Below are positions 49,801-64,000 of a stretch of 64,000 nucleotides of DNA, one piece after another. The translations under genes were made by a program, and so were the position numbers. The stretch's first letter is position 1; each line of letters opens with the position of its first letter. The DNA is taken from positions 23,246,525 to 23,310,524 of the forward strand of contig CM119263.1 in NCBI GenBank assembly GCA_051294375.1, given 5' to 3'. Below the pieces are notes generated by a model that saw only the letters and a list, made by a program, of their open reading frames with translations, ran no database searches and was not told where the DNA came from. Source of the DNA: Paraspadella gotoi (Eukaryota > Animalia > Chaetognatha).

Positions 49801-52800
49801 GAATATTAAGTTAATAAATTTGGTTTTTCCCCCTCCTCCTCATCCCTCGACCACATCCCACCTACCCCGGAAATAACCTTTTATACAATAATATTATAGG
49901 GTGGTACTCAAACACAAAAATATTAAAAGAGAGCCTAAGCTAATTTTTTCTGGCTAGGAAGCGAACCTACACTCATGGACTGGGGGCAAAAAAGATCTAA
50001 CGTATACCCCCTTTTCCCACCCTCTTAATTTATTTGATCGATTTAGTTGATTTTAAATTAATTTACAAATAATTCAAGCATCTTCACTATAAGAGAGGAG
50101 CCCCAACATAGTTACAGAAATTATCTCCAGCTTATTGTCAAAATTTTTTTAAAAATCTTTAAAAATACCACACCAGGAGAAGAAGAAGACGCTGGTGAAG
50201 TTAAGAAGTGTTATCGATATAGTGCCATTCCCCTCTGTAATTAATCTATCAACCCCCTTTTGGAGGAGCACCTTGACCTCTTTACCAGAGGCGAACCCGG
50301 GTGGTTAAGAAAAATATAATATGTCCCACAACTGAAAATTGCACTGCCGAGGAGTGAGATACGAATGAATTATCAATGCAATAATGAATGAATGAATGAA
50401 TGTAATGAAATGAATGAATGAATGAATTGAATGAATGAATATGAATGAATGAATGAGTGAACTGTTTTTAACGAATGAATGAATGAATTAATATTAAAAA
50501 ATTCATAAATAAATAAAAAATGTAAAAATGAATATTGAATAATAAATAATATTATCAAAATTCAAATAATTTATATTATAATACAACTTTTATTTATTTT
50601 TGATATTCTTTATTTAACTACTTAATTTAAATATTAAGGGAGAACTTATCTAAATAGATTGTGGGAGGAAGAATGAGACGGAGAGAAATTTCAGCGGGAG
50701 AGTAATAACATATATCTATTTTACTGAATGAGACGAGAAAAAAAAAAACTTTATATTTGATTAAAAACTCAGCTCTTCCGGTTTTACGACGTTTATTACT
50801 ACGTACGACGCTCGATTACTCGGAAGGCGAGGGGACGAAAGGTATATCTGGTGTGACAAGTATATGACTGACGACGGAGAAGACGATCGAAGACGATCTC
50901 CTTACTTGTTGTTGCGAAAATATGGTCAAGTGTTTAATCGCAGGTCTCTTAAGTCTATTGACGGTATTGGGCGGTTCACGCGGCCCCGCACACCTCCGTT
51001 TGCGAATTGGAAAATTTGGCCTAGCTAGATTAATATTCTTTTTTTTATTATCATCTGTATTCGTCTCATCCCTTTAATTTTTTCTTGGATTAATATTAGT
51101 TAGAAACTACAATTTTAAGGTTACCCAAAATCGTATGGCACTGAAACTAGGAATAATAAGAATATATAACAGTAATCTTTTTACAAAAAACATAAATATT
51201 AAACTCAGACACTACAAACATCGTATAGTGACTAAAATTGGCTTGTTTCGTTCCGCAGGCGGGAGTACGTGCGGATAGGCGTAAGCGAATCTGCCTCTTC
51301 TTCTCTCTCTCTCCTCTTTGTACTACTCATCCAGATTTTCCCTCCAATACTCTCATAATGAGTCTCTCTTCTTTCCTTTCTCTCCTCTCTTTCTTTCTTT
51401 ATATTTCTTTTCTTTCTCTCTGGTTCTCTCTCTCTCTTTCTCTGGCAGAATCAACAAGTTCTGTTTTCTTTTCCTCTCAGAACCCTTCACGAACTTATCC
51501 CCCCTCATCAGAATAACTATCCCCCAAATTGCACCAACGCTCTCCCCCGATTCCCCCCAATTGTTCACGTCCCCTTTATTGTCTGTTTTCGTCCCGGCTC
51601 CCGGCTCCCCCCGCAGCGCGACCCAGATAATTCCCCCGCCTGTCGCCTGTTTTTCTTTAAGAAACTCTATTTGGGAAGGGAGATTTTCTCAAAAAAAGTG
51701 TTTTCCCCCCCCCCCGACCCGCCCCCAACCGCTGAATGCACCACGCCCTCCCCGCTCGCGTTCTTGCCATTCATTGTTTGCGGTTCCCCACCCAGCCCTT
51801 GGGAAAACTAAATTCCTTTGCAGCTTTCGCAAGCCGCAGCACCCGCGGAGAGCAATTTGTGCAATTTTCTCTTCCCTTAAACCTTTTTTAAAAAGATGGT
51901 GTTGGTCTGGATGCCTGTCCCCAAAATGCCGTAAATGTTGTTGGGTTTTCTTTTTGTGCTCTTTTTCCCCTTGGTTCCCGCCCCCATTTCACCTCCGACG
52001 ACCCGCAGAAAAAGCTACACCTTCCCTCTTTCTATGCCCAAGTCCGCCAAAAAGGTTTGACCATAGAGGGCTAGAATAAATAAATTTTTCTGGTTTAAAT
52101 TCTCCCAAATATAGAAAACATACTTGAATCTTTTATTCTGTAATCTCGTTCCCTTTCCTCTGAGAGAGCCATTCCTCACTCGCTTTTCCTTGATTATTTT
52201 TTTTTTTCTTGTTCCCCACTTGCCTTCGTTCCTTCGAATATATGATTTCGTTTAATATACTTTATTTCCAGTTATATAATATTTCTCAGGTCGCCGTAAC
52301 TCAGCGCCGTCCACTGCATCTAAATCTTTTCTCTTTCTTTCTATCCCATATTCTCCGCCCCCGGTTTATTACACCGTTTTAACTATATTTCTTTTGCTTT
52401 TTCCTCCCCACCTTTTTTTTTCATGTCTCTCCTTTTCGCTCTCCTTCAATTTCTTTCTCTCCTCTCTTTTTTCTTTCTTTGGGTCGTGCATCACAACTCT
52501 TGGTCTCGGTTCTGAACCCCCCAGAAAAGGGTTTTTGGGGGAACCCCATGAAAATTGGTTTTGCTCTTTAAAGAAGAATTCTCCCTCTTCTTCTTGGGTT
52601 GGGTGGGGTCGTGACACATCCAGGTCACTCCCTCTCCCCTTGTTGGGTTACTCATCTTGGCAGGGTCTTTATAAACATCCGTGCTTCTTCTTTCCATACT
52701 CTCTCCCTCTTTTTAGTGTTCTCCCTGCCCCATATTCAAGTAATACATAAGCAGTTCTAGAGAGGTGAATGCCCCTTGGAGATTGAAAAATATGGTGTTT

Positions 52801-53340
52801 GTTAGATTTCTCGCCGCCCGCCACTGCTCTTTTTCTGGCATCCGCCTCCTCCCTCCCATATGTGTTGCCGAAGGAGAGGAGTATTTAGGATATATTGGTA
52901 TACGGTGCTCCGCATAAACTCGGTGCAAGTTCTTTCTCTTTTCTTCTTCTCTTTCACTACCATCTTATTTCTCTATTCTTCTCTTTTCTGTGCGTGGTTG
53001 GGGTTTTTTTCTTATTCCCGCCTCTCGTGTTGTTTTGCCTCGCTTCTCAAGTATTTAATGAAAAGACCGGGCGTCGTGGCTTGTGGGGTGGGGGTGGGTG
53101 TGAGAGCCGCGACTCAATATTCCTTCTCACATACACTCAACCGCATCTCACTCTCTCTCATACCACACCCTCTTGTCAAAAGAGTTGAAAGCGGCCCCGG
53201 TTCACTTTTTGGGTCCGTAGTATTTGCAGAAGGGAATCGGGGTGAATTTTCCTTTGGTGGTTAAAAAAAGTAATAATGAAAGACCAAGCAGTGGTGCAAG
53301 TGGGTAGAGAAAGTGATTATCAATTAATTAATAAATAAGG
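46825..53340 (+). other. Error-rich duplicate of 43100-46799, probable unpolished long-read gap fill (assembly artefact)
   Basis: Colinear anchors TGACCTTAGCTCCACTAAACGACTCT (43231 / 47015), (GAAT)n block (45125 / 50385), TGAAACTAGGAATA (45731 / 51142) and GCAGAATCAACAAG (45959 / 51445). The copy is ~1.7x longer through dense small insertions and follows a 25-N gap. Confidence 0.85.
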
Positions 53341-54723
53341 CGCAGAGGGGCGAGGGTCCTGATGTTTTAGACGGGGCCTCCCTCTATCTCGATACTATCA
53401 TCTATAAGGGGCTTCTAATCTCATCTCTCATGCTCTCTCATGATCAAAGGGTCTGCTCGTCGGTCTAGCCTCCCTCATCACTCATCATATTCTGGGGAGA
53501 TGACCTATGGGCGTGTGCGTGCAATGAATCATCAATCATATCTCTCTTCTTCTCGCTTCTTACATACTCGGGGTCACTCAATCTAGAACAATGTTAAATC
53601 TCACATTTTTGCGGGTAAAAATCATAATCATAAACGAACAGCTGTTCTCTAAGAAACGTGACGCGAGTTGGTCGTTGGCCGAAAAAGAAAACCCAAGGGG
53701 CAAGAGTGGCCGTCTGCTTCACGAAATTCTTTCGATTTTCGCGCAGAAAAACTGTCGGGTGAGAAGTGAAGATTTCTTGGTCCGCCAGAATCCTCGTTTC
53801 CGGTTTGTGGCCGTAGGGTCTATTTTTTTTTTGTCGACTCCGAAAGAGATTCAGGAAGTTATCACGTTTAAAATATCAAAGCCAAAGATTTTCCTTCTTA
53901 ATTTTCGTTTTGTTTCAGAAAGANNNNNNNNNNNNNNNNNNNNNNNNNNNNNNNNNNNNNNNNNNNNNNNNNNNNNNNNNNNNNNNNNNNNNNNNNNNNN
54001 NNNNNNNNNNNNNNNNNNNNNNNNNNNNNNNNNNNNNNNNNNNNNNNNNNNNNNNNNNNNNNNNNNNNNNNNNNNNNNNNNNNNNNNNNNNNNNNNNNNN
54101 NNNNNNNNNNNNNNNNNNNNNNNNNNNNNNNNNNNNNNNNNNNNNNNNNNNNNNNNNNNNNNNNNNNNNNNNNNNNNNNNNNTCTCTCTCTCTCTCTCTC
54201 TCACTCTCTCTCTCTCTCTCTGAGTCGGATTTTGAATTTCTTTCGGCCGGTGCCGTCTCTTTCTTTGACTTCCGGTCCTGGAAAAGTAATAACCACTCAT
54301 CGTTTCTCCTTTGCCTTTCCAAATCCTGGAAAGGATTTCTTTTTTTTTCTCCGGTGGAAAATAGCCTAAAGTTGTTGTAGTTGTTGTTGTTGTTGTTTTC
54401 CACCGACGACCGCTTTTCCCAGTGAATTCGTTAAAGACCTCCGGACCCAAGGGTCGAATTCGTTTCCCACCGAGTTCCGGGTTTGAACCTGGAAGGTCCT
54501 CGCCCAAGACCCCGAGCTTTTAACGATCGGGGCCGACGGGAGAGTCCGGCGGAGAGATTGGTGGGAAAAGAATCCGCAGCGAAAGAGGGCACGCGATTCG
54601 CTTTTCAAAGTCTTTTTATGAAATTCATGATTAATAGAAACCGAGATTCTTTACAACCGATGAAGTTTAGGGGAAAAGTAAAACGGGGGGAAAAAAATTT
54701 ATTTCGAGTGGAAAAACGGGCAT

Positions 54724-54840
<117 letters not shown>

Positions 54841-56269
54841 CAGGAAATGACGTCAGAATCATCACGTGACCTGGACCGATGATTTGTTATTTAGCATCTC
54901 CTCCCACTCGCCGGCCTCAACTTCCGCCGGTCGGGGTCACGCGGTTTCGATCCGTGACCTCCGCCGAGTTCAAGGGGCGTCGTTGTTGTCGGCGACGTCG
55001 TTGATGTTGTTGTCGTCGGCGTCTTCTCCCATCGTGATCGATGAAAATCATCATTTTCATCATCATCGTCATCGTCATCGACCCTAAAAACAGATAAAAC
55101 GTAAAGAAACGAAAGAAAAAAAAACACGAAGAAAGAGAAAGAGAACCGAAATTGTATTGAATTATATATTTTTTTCGCAATGTATTATCTCTATTTAGAT
55201 AATTTTCTAACCGTATTATTAACTACAATTGATTTTAAATATTTATGACTAATTTTAAAAATTAACGCCGGTAAATTTTGAACCTGGATACTCTTGTCAA
55301 TTACAATTTCTCACAATTTTCTCGGCTGACTTGACCTTAAGTAAAGCCTACCCATCTATCACCTCACTTCCTTCCTCCCCCACGTCCACCCCCCACCATG
55401 CGGTCCACGCAGCGCCGCCCGGATCCCGCCCGTCGGAGCCGCCTAATAAGGCGAAACCGCCTGCGTCACCTTATGACGTATCGCTCTTTGATTTTCCACC
55501 CACTACCAAAAAGGCACCGACCACGAAATCCCGAGTCGCTCTCCCCCCCGCCCCCTCAAGTTTTCATTTTGACAGAAAGTCGCCGCCGGGCATGGTTCGT
55601 TCCAGTAGCCTAATTACGCGGTCGGTCTGTCGATCTGGGTACCGTTCTCTCAGTCAGTCAGGAAACGAGGAAATAGTCGTCAAAAACGAAAAATCTCTTT
55701 GACACTTTGTCTCATGCAATACGTACGTACATTCGTGCAAAGTCACACGCAAAAGTGCATTCGAAAAAATCCTACATCAAACGTTCTTAAGCGGGTGGTC
55801 GCACACGAAAACAAACGAGCGAACACGCAAATTTACGGACGTAATCTTTTGACCCTTAATCTTGCCGGTCATGTTTACCTCAATTCAATAACAACAACAA
55901 TTATTCTTTCGACAAAGTCAGTTTTTGGCGATTGTCATTCGCGACTCTTTCTTTTAATACGAAGGTTTTTTTCGTTGTTATTTATGAATTTTGTAAAAAA
56001 AAAATACTGAAAGTATTTATGATTGATTTATTTCGAGTTTTAAAGGAACCGAGAGCGATGGCAACATTGAGCAACTTCCTCACGTCTCTGTGTCAGTCTA
56101 GACAAAGACGACAATTTTGACGCCGGCGAATGATACTCCCGAGACCGGCGTCCGTCTATCGTTCATTCGTCAATTCAGAGCACAACTTTTTACAAGAGAT
56201 ACTTATGATAATACTGCCATCTTAATTCACTTTTGAAGCTCATTGGACGACTTCATTTACGTTCTACTC

Positions 56270-56400
<131 letters not shown>

Positions 56401-58195
56401 ACTTTCACTTTCTTCTTGCTTGAGTGACGATTGACTTGTCTACGATATTTTAACAATAACAACAACAACGACAGATAAGTTAAGCGGTTATTATTATACA
56501 CAGTGAAAACTATCCTACAGCATATCTCAAGTTTTTTTTTAAATTTCTCTAAAACAACGAACGCCCACAAAATTATTACGCACATATTGTAGAGATTTCT
56601 NNNNNNNNNNNNNNNNNNNNNNNNNNNNNNNNNNNNNNNNNNNNNNNNNNNNNNNNNNNNNNNNNNNNNNNNNNNNNNNNNNNNNNNNNNNNNNNNNNNN
56701 NNNNNNNNNNNNNNNNNNNNNNNNNNNNNNNNNNNNNNNNNNNNNNNNNNNNNNNNNTTCTGGCAGTGAGTGTGTGTGTGTTGTTAAGTGTTTCCTGTGT
56801 CGAGTCGCTGCGAGTTTTATTTACACTGTGACACAGAAAAGAAAGAAAAGGTTATTACGTCAAAAGAAAAATTGTAGTAATAGTTATAGACACGGTGACG
56901 CCAGCTGCTACCTTCTTTATCTTTTTTTTCTCTATACGATTTTTTTTTTTGTTCTGTACTCTGCGTTAGGGCGAAAAAAGTCGTCAGTAACCAAAGGGCT
57001 ATGGCTATTGGCTATGGCTATGGCTATTTGATATTTGACTACGTCATTTATGATTTATATATTTAATTCATCTGACCTTGATGCGATTTCATTTTTATAT
57101 CATCTTGATAAATATTAAGATTAATTTTTAATCAAAATATGGATATTAGGCACTAATGTAACCATACTTTTTTAGAATATTTTTATAGTTGGTAAAACAA
57201 TTATAATGTAAAAACCTTTTTTCCTTAACTCTTTTACGCTGTTTTATTGTTACTTTTAATTAAATTTGGTTTTAGTAACAGGCATTAAGATTTAAAAAAA
57301 TAGAAACCATTGCTCTCAAACAGCCTCGAACCCGAGACTTTTTCACCGTCTAAATTTGTCGTTGTCGAACGTTGTGAGATGTCACGTGACTAAGAGGCCG
57401 AATTCCGATCGAATCGACAAAACTTTTTTTTTCTCATGAAAAACATTCGAACGACGAAACTGCGGCCATCTGGAGTGAGAGCGAGATGGGGAATGGGGGC
57501 GTGCGGTGGGGGTCGGTGATAAAGGAGCGGGTTGAGATCAAAAATGATGAAAAAATGACCAGCGGGGGATTGGAAAAAAAAGTGGGGAGAAAACGGAAAG
57601 AATACTGAGAGTACGAATTATTTTAAAAACTGAATGGGAAGGAAATTTGAGAAGTAATCGTGACTGAGATTTCTTACTCGCGTTGATCGTTAGGAAATGG
57701 GTAACAGTGTACTTCGATGCCACGTCGTTGCCGTGAAAAAGGCTGGGTGACGGCGAAGCTATCGAGAGCGGCTGTCACGTCGGAGTGACACTCGGTGGTG
57801 GTGAAAATCGAGTGGGGCTGTCACGGCCGCGATATCAGGCGGCTCGAAACGGCGGAAGAGGCTGACGTGAATTTACGACCTTTCAAAGTTGGGGGTGGTG
57901 AGGTGAAGGGAAGCGAGCAGGGGTGGTGAAGTCAGGGGGTGAAAGGGAGTCAGGGGGGGAGGAGAAGATGTTGGAAGAGGCTGCGAGCAGGAAGAGGAAA
58001 AAAGAGGTCAAAGATGAAAAGACATGAGAGAGAAGAGGGAAGAGGATATTTATTATTTAATCCTCAAGAAAAAGTAAGGTCGTTAAATCAGAAAAGGTAT
58101 TAATAAATCTGAAATATTAAATCACTTCATTGATTGGGAATCTGGCAATTGATTAAGGGGACTGTGAGAGAGTTCCAATTGAAAGCTTGCATGGT

Positions 58196-58274
58196 CCTGC
58201 TAGGGTTTTTCTCTTGTAAGAGGGATGGAGGACCTAAACCAACAGTTTTTGTCCAAAGTCAGGAGCAAAATAGC
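58196..58274 (+). mobile_element. Fragment of the repeat family nested at 6831-6959
   Basis: Reverse-complement similarity to ~6887-6956. Confidence 0.65.
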
Positions 58275-58884
58275 GAATTAGTCAAATGATTAGATATTTA
58301 TTTTTATTCTTATACAAAGTCGAAATAAGAAATATGACAATGATTATGAAGCGTATATATATAAAGTTGTGTCAATCAGATTTTGTTTTCAGCCGTCCGT
58401 GATCTCCGAAGGTTTTCTTTGTTTGGTCGTCGGAATATCCTTGCGAAGGAGAGTGATGGTCGCAGGAAACGGAAGTGTTTTCAACTCTTTTTCTCATTGC
58501 GCAAATTAAGGAAAAAGGAAAAGAAGGAAAAAATTAGAAAAAACAATGGAAAGGAAATGAAATCAACAAAATCAAAAGAGCGTTTTGTTCCTTTAACTCC
58601 GCGATTTAAGGAGTGGTAAGGCAAAAAAATGGCGTTATTCGTAGCGGTGCTTCGAGGGTGTTGCCATCTGGCAGTGAACCATTTTCCTTACGTCTTCATG
58701 ACTCTTCACACAAGAAGAAGAAGAAGACGACGACGACGACGACAAACGACATTCGAAAGCACACGTGTGACACTTGAATCGTCGAAGTAGGAAACGAAAT
58801 TTCGAAAAACCTTTTATTGATAAAAATTAGATTTCCTTTCATACTTTTTTTTTCTACCGTTTCAAAAGAAATTTAAAATAGAAA

Positions 58885-58896
58885 TAAAGAAAGAAA

Positions 58897-58948
<52 letters not shown>

Positions 58949-59060
58949 AAAAAGAAAAGAAAAGAAAAGAAAAGAAAAGAAAAGAAAAGAAAAGAAAAGA
59001 AATGAAAAGAAAAGAAAAGAAAAGAAAAGAAAAGAAAAGAAAAGAAAAGAAAAGAAAAAA
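58885..59060. repeat. (GAAA)n/(GAAAA)n microsatellite
   Basis: Directly visible. Confidence 0.95.
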
Positions 59061-59191
59061 AATAGGAGGAACAGAAAATAATTTTATTTTTCTACTTTGA
59101 GTGGTGAACAAAAAAAAACCACTCGAGTCTAATTTAGGCGATAAATTCGGTTATCTGTCTCGCGACAATGAGTTTTTATCCGGGCCGCCGA

Positions 59192-59255
59192 GTGGAACCG
59201 GGTGGGATTCGAACCCGGGTCGATGTGATTCAATTCCCGCTCCTTCTCACTCGGG
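59192..59255 (-). mobile_element. tRNA-derived fragment (SINE head or tRNA pseudogene)
   Basis: The minus strand has a T-arm/B-box CCCGGGTTCGAATCCCACCCGGTTCC, similar to 5821-5846. No complete cloverleaf found. Confidence 0.45.
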
Positions 59256-60278
59256 GGAGAACCGTGAGAACGCGCGAGAGACGGTGACGAAGCGACAGGA
59301 CCGACAGGTGGCATCCGCTGTCGTCGTCGTCTCCGTCACACCAAACGATTCTTGAGGATTTCACCTGCAACTACAGATGCAATCTTTCTTAGGATTGGTT
59401 TACACCTGCTGATGCATATAGCTTTCAGTTCCGCTTTCAGTTAAAACCGGAGTTTTTTTCCGGCTTGGCCTACATTTACATTTACATTTACGATACATTT
59501 TTTTACTACAACGCGTCAAAGTTTTAAACTACATCCAAAAATACCCAACTTTTTGAGGCCGTAGCAAAACTTCCCTCGGTCTGGAAACAACAACCACAAA
59601 AACACCGAAATCTTTGGGCAATCTGCGTTGATGCCGTCCGACATCCGTGCGAATCATTCGAGATCATTGCGAAAAAAAAAACATAAAAGATAAAAAGATC
59701 CGGAGTTGCTTCGCTGGTCCGACAGGCCATTCACGTTGCGAGAGACAAGACTGAAGATCTCCATTGGTCAATTATGTTTTAATATTCCGTTTCTATAATC
59801 TCGTAGACAAAAATAGTTAGCAAGCAAACGCTCTCGTTTTTTTTTACTCATACTTAATACTTATTTACTAAACTATGTAGATTGTAGAATGTTCCCGAAG
59901 ATTCACAATTGTATTTCACTTACGCTTACAATCATTTTCGACCTCAATCACAGTCACTTTTATTCACTTAAATCCGTCAACAAAATTCACACATGATTTA
60001 CTTAAATTAATGCAACTATGACCATTTTTCTTTCGATTTCGAATCGCACACATTAATTTTTTGTATTTAAATCGCAGTTTCTTTCACACGTTCACAATCT
60101 ATTCCACTCACGACTCGTCAGTTTCAATACACTTCACGTTTTCTCTTTTGTTTTCTTCTCACCAAAATCAATCACCCGAATTTCCCTCCAAATTTAAATA
60201 TCGAGCACGTGTGCATCGAGTCTGTGAAAGTTTGAAGACGAAAAAAAAAAGATCTTGCTTCTTTCATTCTCGGAATCG

Positions 60279-60320
<42 letters not shown>

Positions 60321-61224
60321 CAGTCGAGAAAATTGGAGAATTTCTTTATTAATTAGATTTATTTTAATAATAACTTCCTTTTTCCGGCTCCCGGTGTTTT
60401 TTGTCGATCTGCTTTTTTTCCTTTTCTGTCCGCAAATCAGAACCACGAATCAGTTTGATTGTTGTGATATCCTGCTATTTGCTTTTCTTGTTTCAATAAG
60501 CCTGTCTTTCTGTGAGTCGGTTCTTTCGACTTTCTATTTTACTTTCTATTTTATTTTCTTTCTTTCTTTCTTTCTTTCTTTCTTTCNNNNNNNNNNNNNN
60601 NNNNTCTTTCTTTCTTTCTTTCTTTCTTTCTTTATTTCCTCCTTAATTCGTCCATCATCTTCTTTATTAGACTTTTTTCCCTTGTTTATCTTTTTTTTTT
60701 GTTTTTTCCGTTTTTTTTTTCAGTTTTTCTTTTCAGCTTTTCCCGCCTTTGCTGCTTCTCCTCCTCCTCATTGCCAACTCTTCCTCTGCTCCTCCTCCTC
60801 CTCCTCCTCCTCATCCTCCCACTCCTCCGTTCCCTTTCTGCCCTCGGGAGAATCCTGTTCAATGTTCTAAATCCTCTTCTTTGGGTCACTCCACGACCCC
60901 TTCGCCTCTTCCTCCTCCTCCACACCCCTTCCTCCTCTTCAAAATAATTTCCTCTTCCTCCTCTCTCTAGTTAGGCCTTACTCGCTCTTCTTCCTAAAAC
61001 TTTTTTTTCTGATCTGGCCAGTAGACTCACTCTTGCGTGTCTCACACTTTTTTCTTTTTTTTTTCTTTCTTTTTTTTATATCAATTTTACTTTTTTTTCG
61101 ATTTTTGTTTGTTTTGGGGAGGTTAATTCAATAACGAGCTCGATTTCCGGGAGAACGGAGAGTGAAAGAGAGAGAAGAAAATAGAGAAAAAGCGACTGGA
61201 AGCTTTAGAAGAGAGAGAGAGTAA

Positions 61225-61256
<32 letters not shown>

Positions 61257-62212
61257 AGAGAGAGAGAGAGTTTAATTCCGTGTTTTTTTTTTTTTTCTCC
61301 CCTCTCGCTGTTTTGTCTTTCAATTTTCGTCCAGTTTTGGTCAGGATTCTCTTTGCTTTTCGTCAAAAAAAAAAATGTTTGGCTTTTAAAACGGAAAACT
61401 GGCGAATATTTTTCCTGCCCCTCCCCGGTTCTCTTATTCTTCCGCACTCATGCCAGACAACCCTCTCTTCAATTACCGCTCTNNNNNNNNNNNNNNNNNN
61501 NNNNNNNNNNNNNNNNNNNNNNNNNNNNNNNNNNNNNNNNNNNNNNNNNNNNNNNNNNNNNNNNNNNNNNNNNNNNNNNNNNNNNNNNNNNNNNNNNNNN
61601 NNNNNNNNNNNNNNNNNNNNNNNNNNNNNNNNNNNNNNNNNNNNNNNNNNNNNNNNNNNNNNNNNNNNNNNNNNNNNNNNNNNNNNNNNNATAACATTTT
61701 TCAGCTTAAAATATAGCTTTTTCTAATGTTTTGACCCACACTTTAATGAAGGAATTTTTCAAAAAGAGTTAATATTTCTTTTTTTCAACTTTTTTGACGA
61801 TCCAAAATCGCAAAAAAATTTTAGAAAAAACTGCTTGTTGTGAACATTTTAATATATATTATTGATTAAGTACTAGTATAAATATGGCCTACTGCGTAAA
61901 TTGTAAAATTTATTATAAATTTTTTTATTACATAAAATGTTTATTAGTATAATGATTGTTCATTCCCTCACTTTAGAATTTTAATCTAATGGTGGTGGGG
62001 AATTTAGAAATTTTACTACGCCTTTAATGGGCATCCTCTCAGACCCTCCTCCTCCTCTTCATCGTCGACTTCATCTCTCTCTTCGTCTCCCTCTTTCCTC
62101 CCCCGCATCCGCTTTCCTCGTCGTCTCCTTCTCTTCATTCTTTTGCCCCGGAAGCGAATAACTCCTTGGATTTCAAATGACCGGAAGTAGAAAGAAATCT
62201 TGCCAACTTCCT

Positions 62213-62274
<62 letters not shown>

Positions 62275-62448
62275 CCTCTCTCTCTCTCTTCTCCTCTCTC
62301 TCTCTCTCTCTCTCTTCTTCTCTCTCTATTCGATCCGCCTCCTCATCATCATTTTCCTCATCCTCCTCGTTTCGCCAGCTCGCCTTCGTAACAACATTCC
62401 TTCTCTCTCTCTGCTCTCTCTCTCCTCTCCTCTCTTCTCTCCTCCTCT

Positions 62449-62486
<38 letters not shown>

Positions 62487-62855
62487 GTCACCTGGAACGA
62501 GACCAATTTCCTGGCTAATTTTTTAAAAATATCGTTGTTAAACTTATATAAGTTAAAAGGGATGTACGAGTTATAAAATCGGAAAGATTCTCGTAAAATA
62601 TTATTCCCACGAGTTTTAAACTCAGAAAAAGGGGGGAAGCGGAAAGAGGGATGGGGATGGGGTTGGGATGGGAGATGGGATGGGATGGGGATAGGGATGG
62701 GTAAGGGTAGGATGGCAGGTTATCCAGATCCCGGTTTTCATGAGGTTAACGATCTTCTTGAGATTATGATGGATGAAAATAAATTCAGAACAACAACGAT
62801 ACGAGAGAGAGAGAGAGGAGAGAGAGAGAGGAGAGAGAGAGAGAAGAGAGAGAGA

Positions 62856-62893
<38 letters not shown>

Positions 62894-63037
62894 ATAATTG
62901 CTTAAAATAGCCGTGTTTATTTTCTTTCAAAATTAAACCAAATTTAACTGACGAAATATACCTTCGCTCGATTCAAGAGAGGGTAAAAGGACGATAGGGA
63001 AAGAGAGATAAATAGTGATGAGAGAGAGAGAGCAGAG

Positions 63038-63072
<35 letters not shown>

Positions 63073-64000
63073 GAGAGGAGAGAAACAGAAGAGAGAGAGA
63101 GAGAGAGAAGGAGAGAGAGAGAGCAGAGAGAGAGAGAGAGAGAAAAAGAATAGTGAAAGAGATTGAAATTGGTGTAAATTGTGGTAAACCGCAAATGAGA
63201 GAGCGTTTATTCAATGACTTGTTCTTTTGTCCCTCGACCCTTGAAGTTCGTCTGGCGGCGAATAAAAACACTAAAAATAGTTTTGTAAAAAAAAAGAGTC
63301 AAAACTAATAATCTTAGGATCGAAGGATCGAAAAGTCAAAAGTCAAATCGCGGAACCGATCGTTCGACTCTTTACCTTTTTCGTCTTAACGTGACGTTAG
63401 GACAGTTTTGTGCGACTTGTTTGACAAGTTCTCGCTGTAATTTAAATGTAGCGAATAAAGATAGACTTGGAAATCGTATACAACTGTGGCTACACTGTTC
63501 ATCGTCTCGTGTGTTCAAGTTTTTTAATCACAATTCCTAATTTGGTATAATTTGGTAACTTTTTTTTAAAAGAGTCCCTAGTATTCGGTTCGATATCGAT
63601 AACATTTGTAACTTCTTAATTCTTTTATTCTATTTTAATCAATATTTTAGTATTTAGGAAGATAAAATTTACAATAAGATATTGATTATCCTCGTAAAAA
63701 ATAAGAAATGTAAATATTTTTACCAAAATATAAAAATTTTACAAACTTTATAAAATTTTACCTAAATTCGTCCATGTTTACCTTAATAATTAAGCACCTT
63801 AAAAGAAATGTCCAGTTGTATTTTTCGTCAAGTAAGACCCTATATTATGATTAACTTTAACTGCCCGTAAAGCGTTAAATCGGGAACGCTCCCGGATCCT
63901 GATCGGAAACCTCAATTATTTCACCGATTTCGGTTTTCCGCAGACAGAACTGCGTAAATTACAGAGTCCGCGTTCCGCAGTTCTGCTCCCACTTCACGCA

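Noticed and set aside
46825-53340. Real segmental duplication or novel genes (e.g. 253-aa ORF at 51318)
   Set aside because: Insertion-dominated noise and the 25-N junction point to unpolished read sequence.

Overview
Intron-rich, AT-rich invertebrate-type metazoan genomic DNA with short introns, GC-richer exons, abundant (GA)n microsatellites and five N-gaps. All gene models were spliced by hand, with no database searches. Genes: (1) a ~20-exon patched/NPC1-family (PTCHD3-like) sterol-sensing RND membrane protein on the minus strand (5060-13079), with a GC-AG intron and introns packed with MITEs, tRNA-derived elements and a tandem array of splice donors; (2) a small, very basic protein with four GRPKS AT-hook-like motifs (26013-26899); (3) a multi-pass membrane protein of an uncharacterised TspO-like family (27820-29822, 5' end uncertain); (4) an orphan ~352-aa gene that needs an 11-nt microexon (30594-32482); (5) a myosin regulatory light chain gene (35007-38548). 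The best candidate for an undescribed system is in the light chain gene: three tandem paralogous exons each encode a different version of the metal-binding EF-hand 1. Exon phase allows only one of them in a productive mRNA, and they are surrounded by clustered Rbfox (TGCATG) and STAR/QKI (ACTAAC) motifs. The 46825-53340 block is an error-ridden copy of 43100-46799 and is most likely an assembly artefact.
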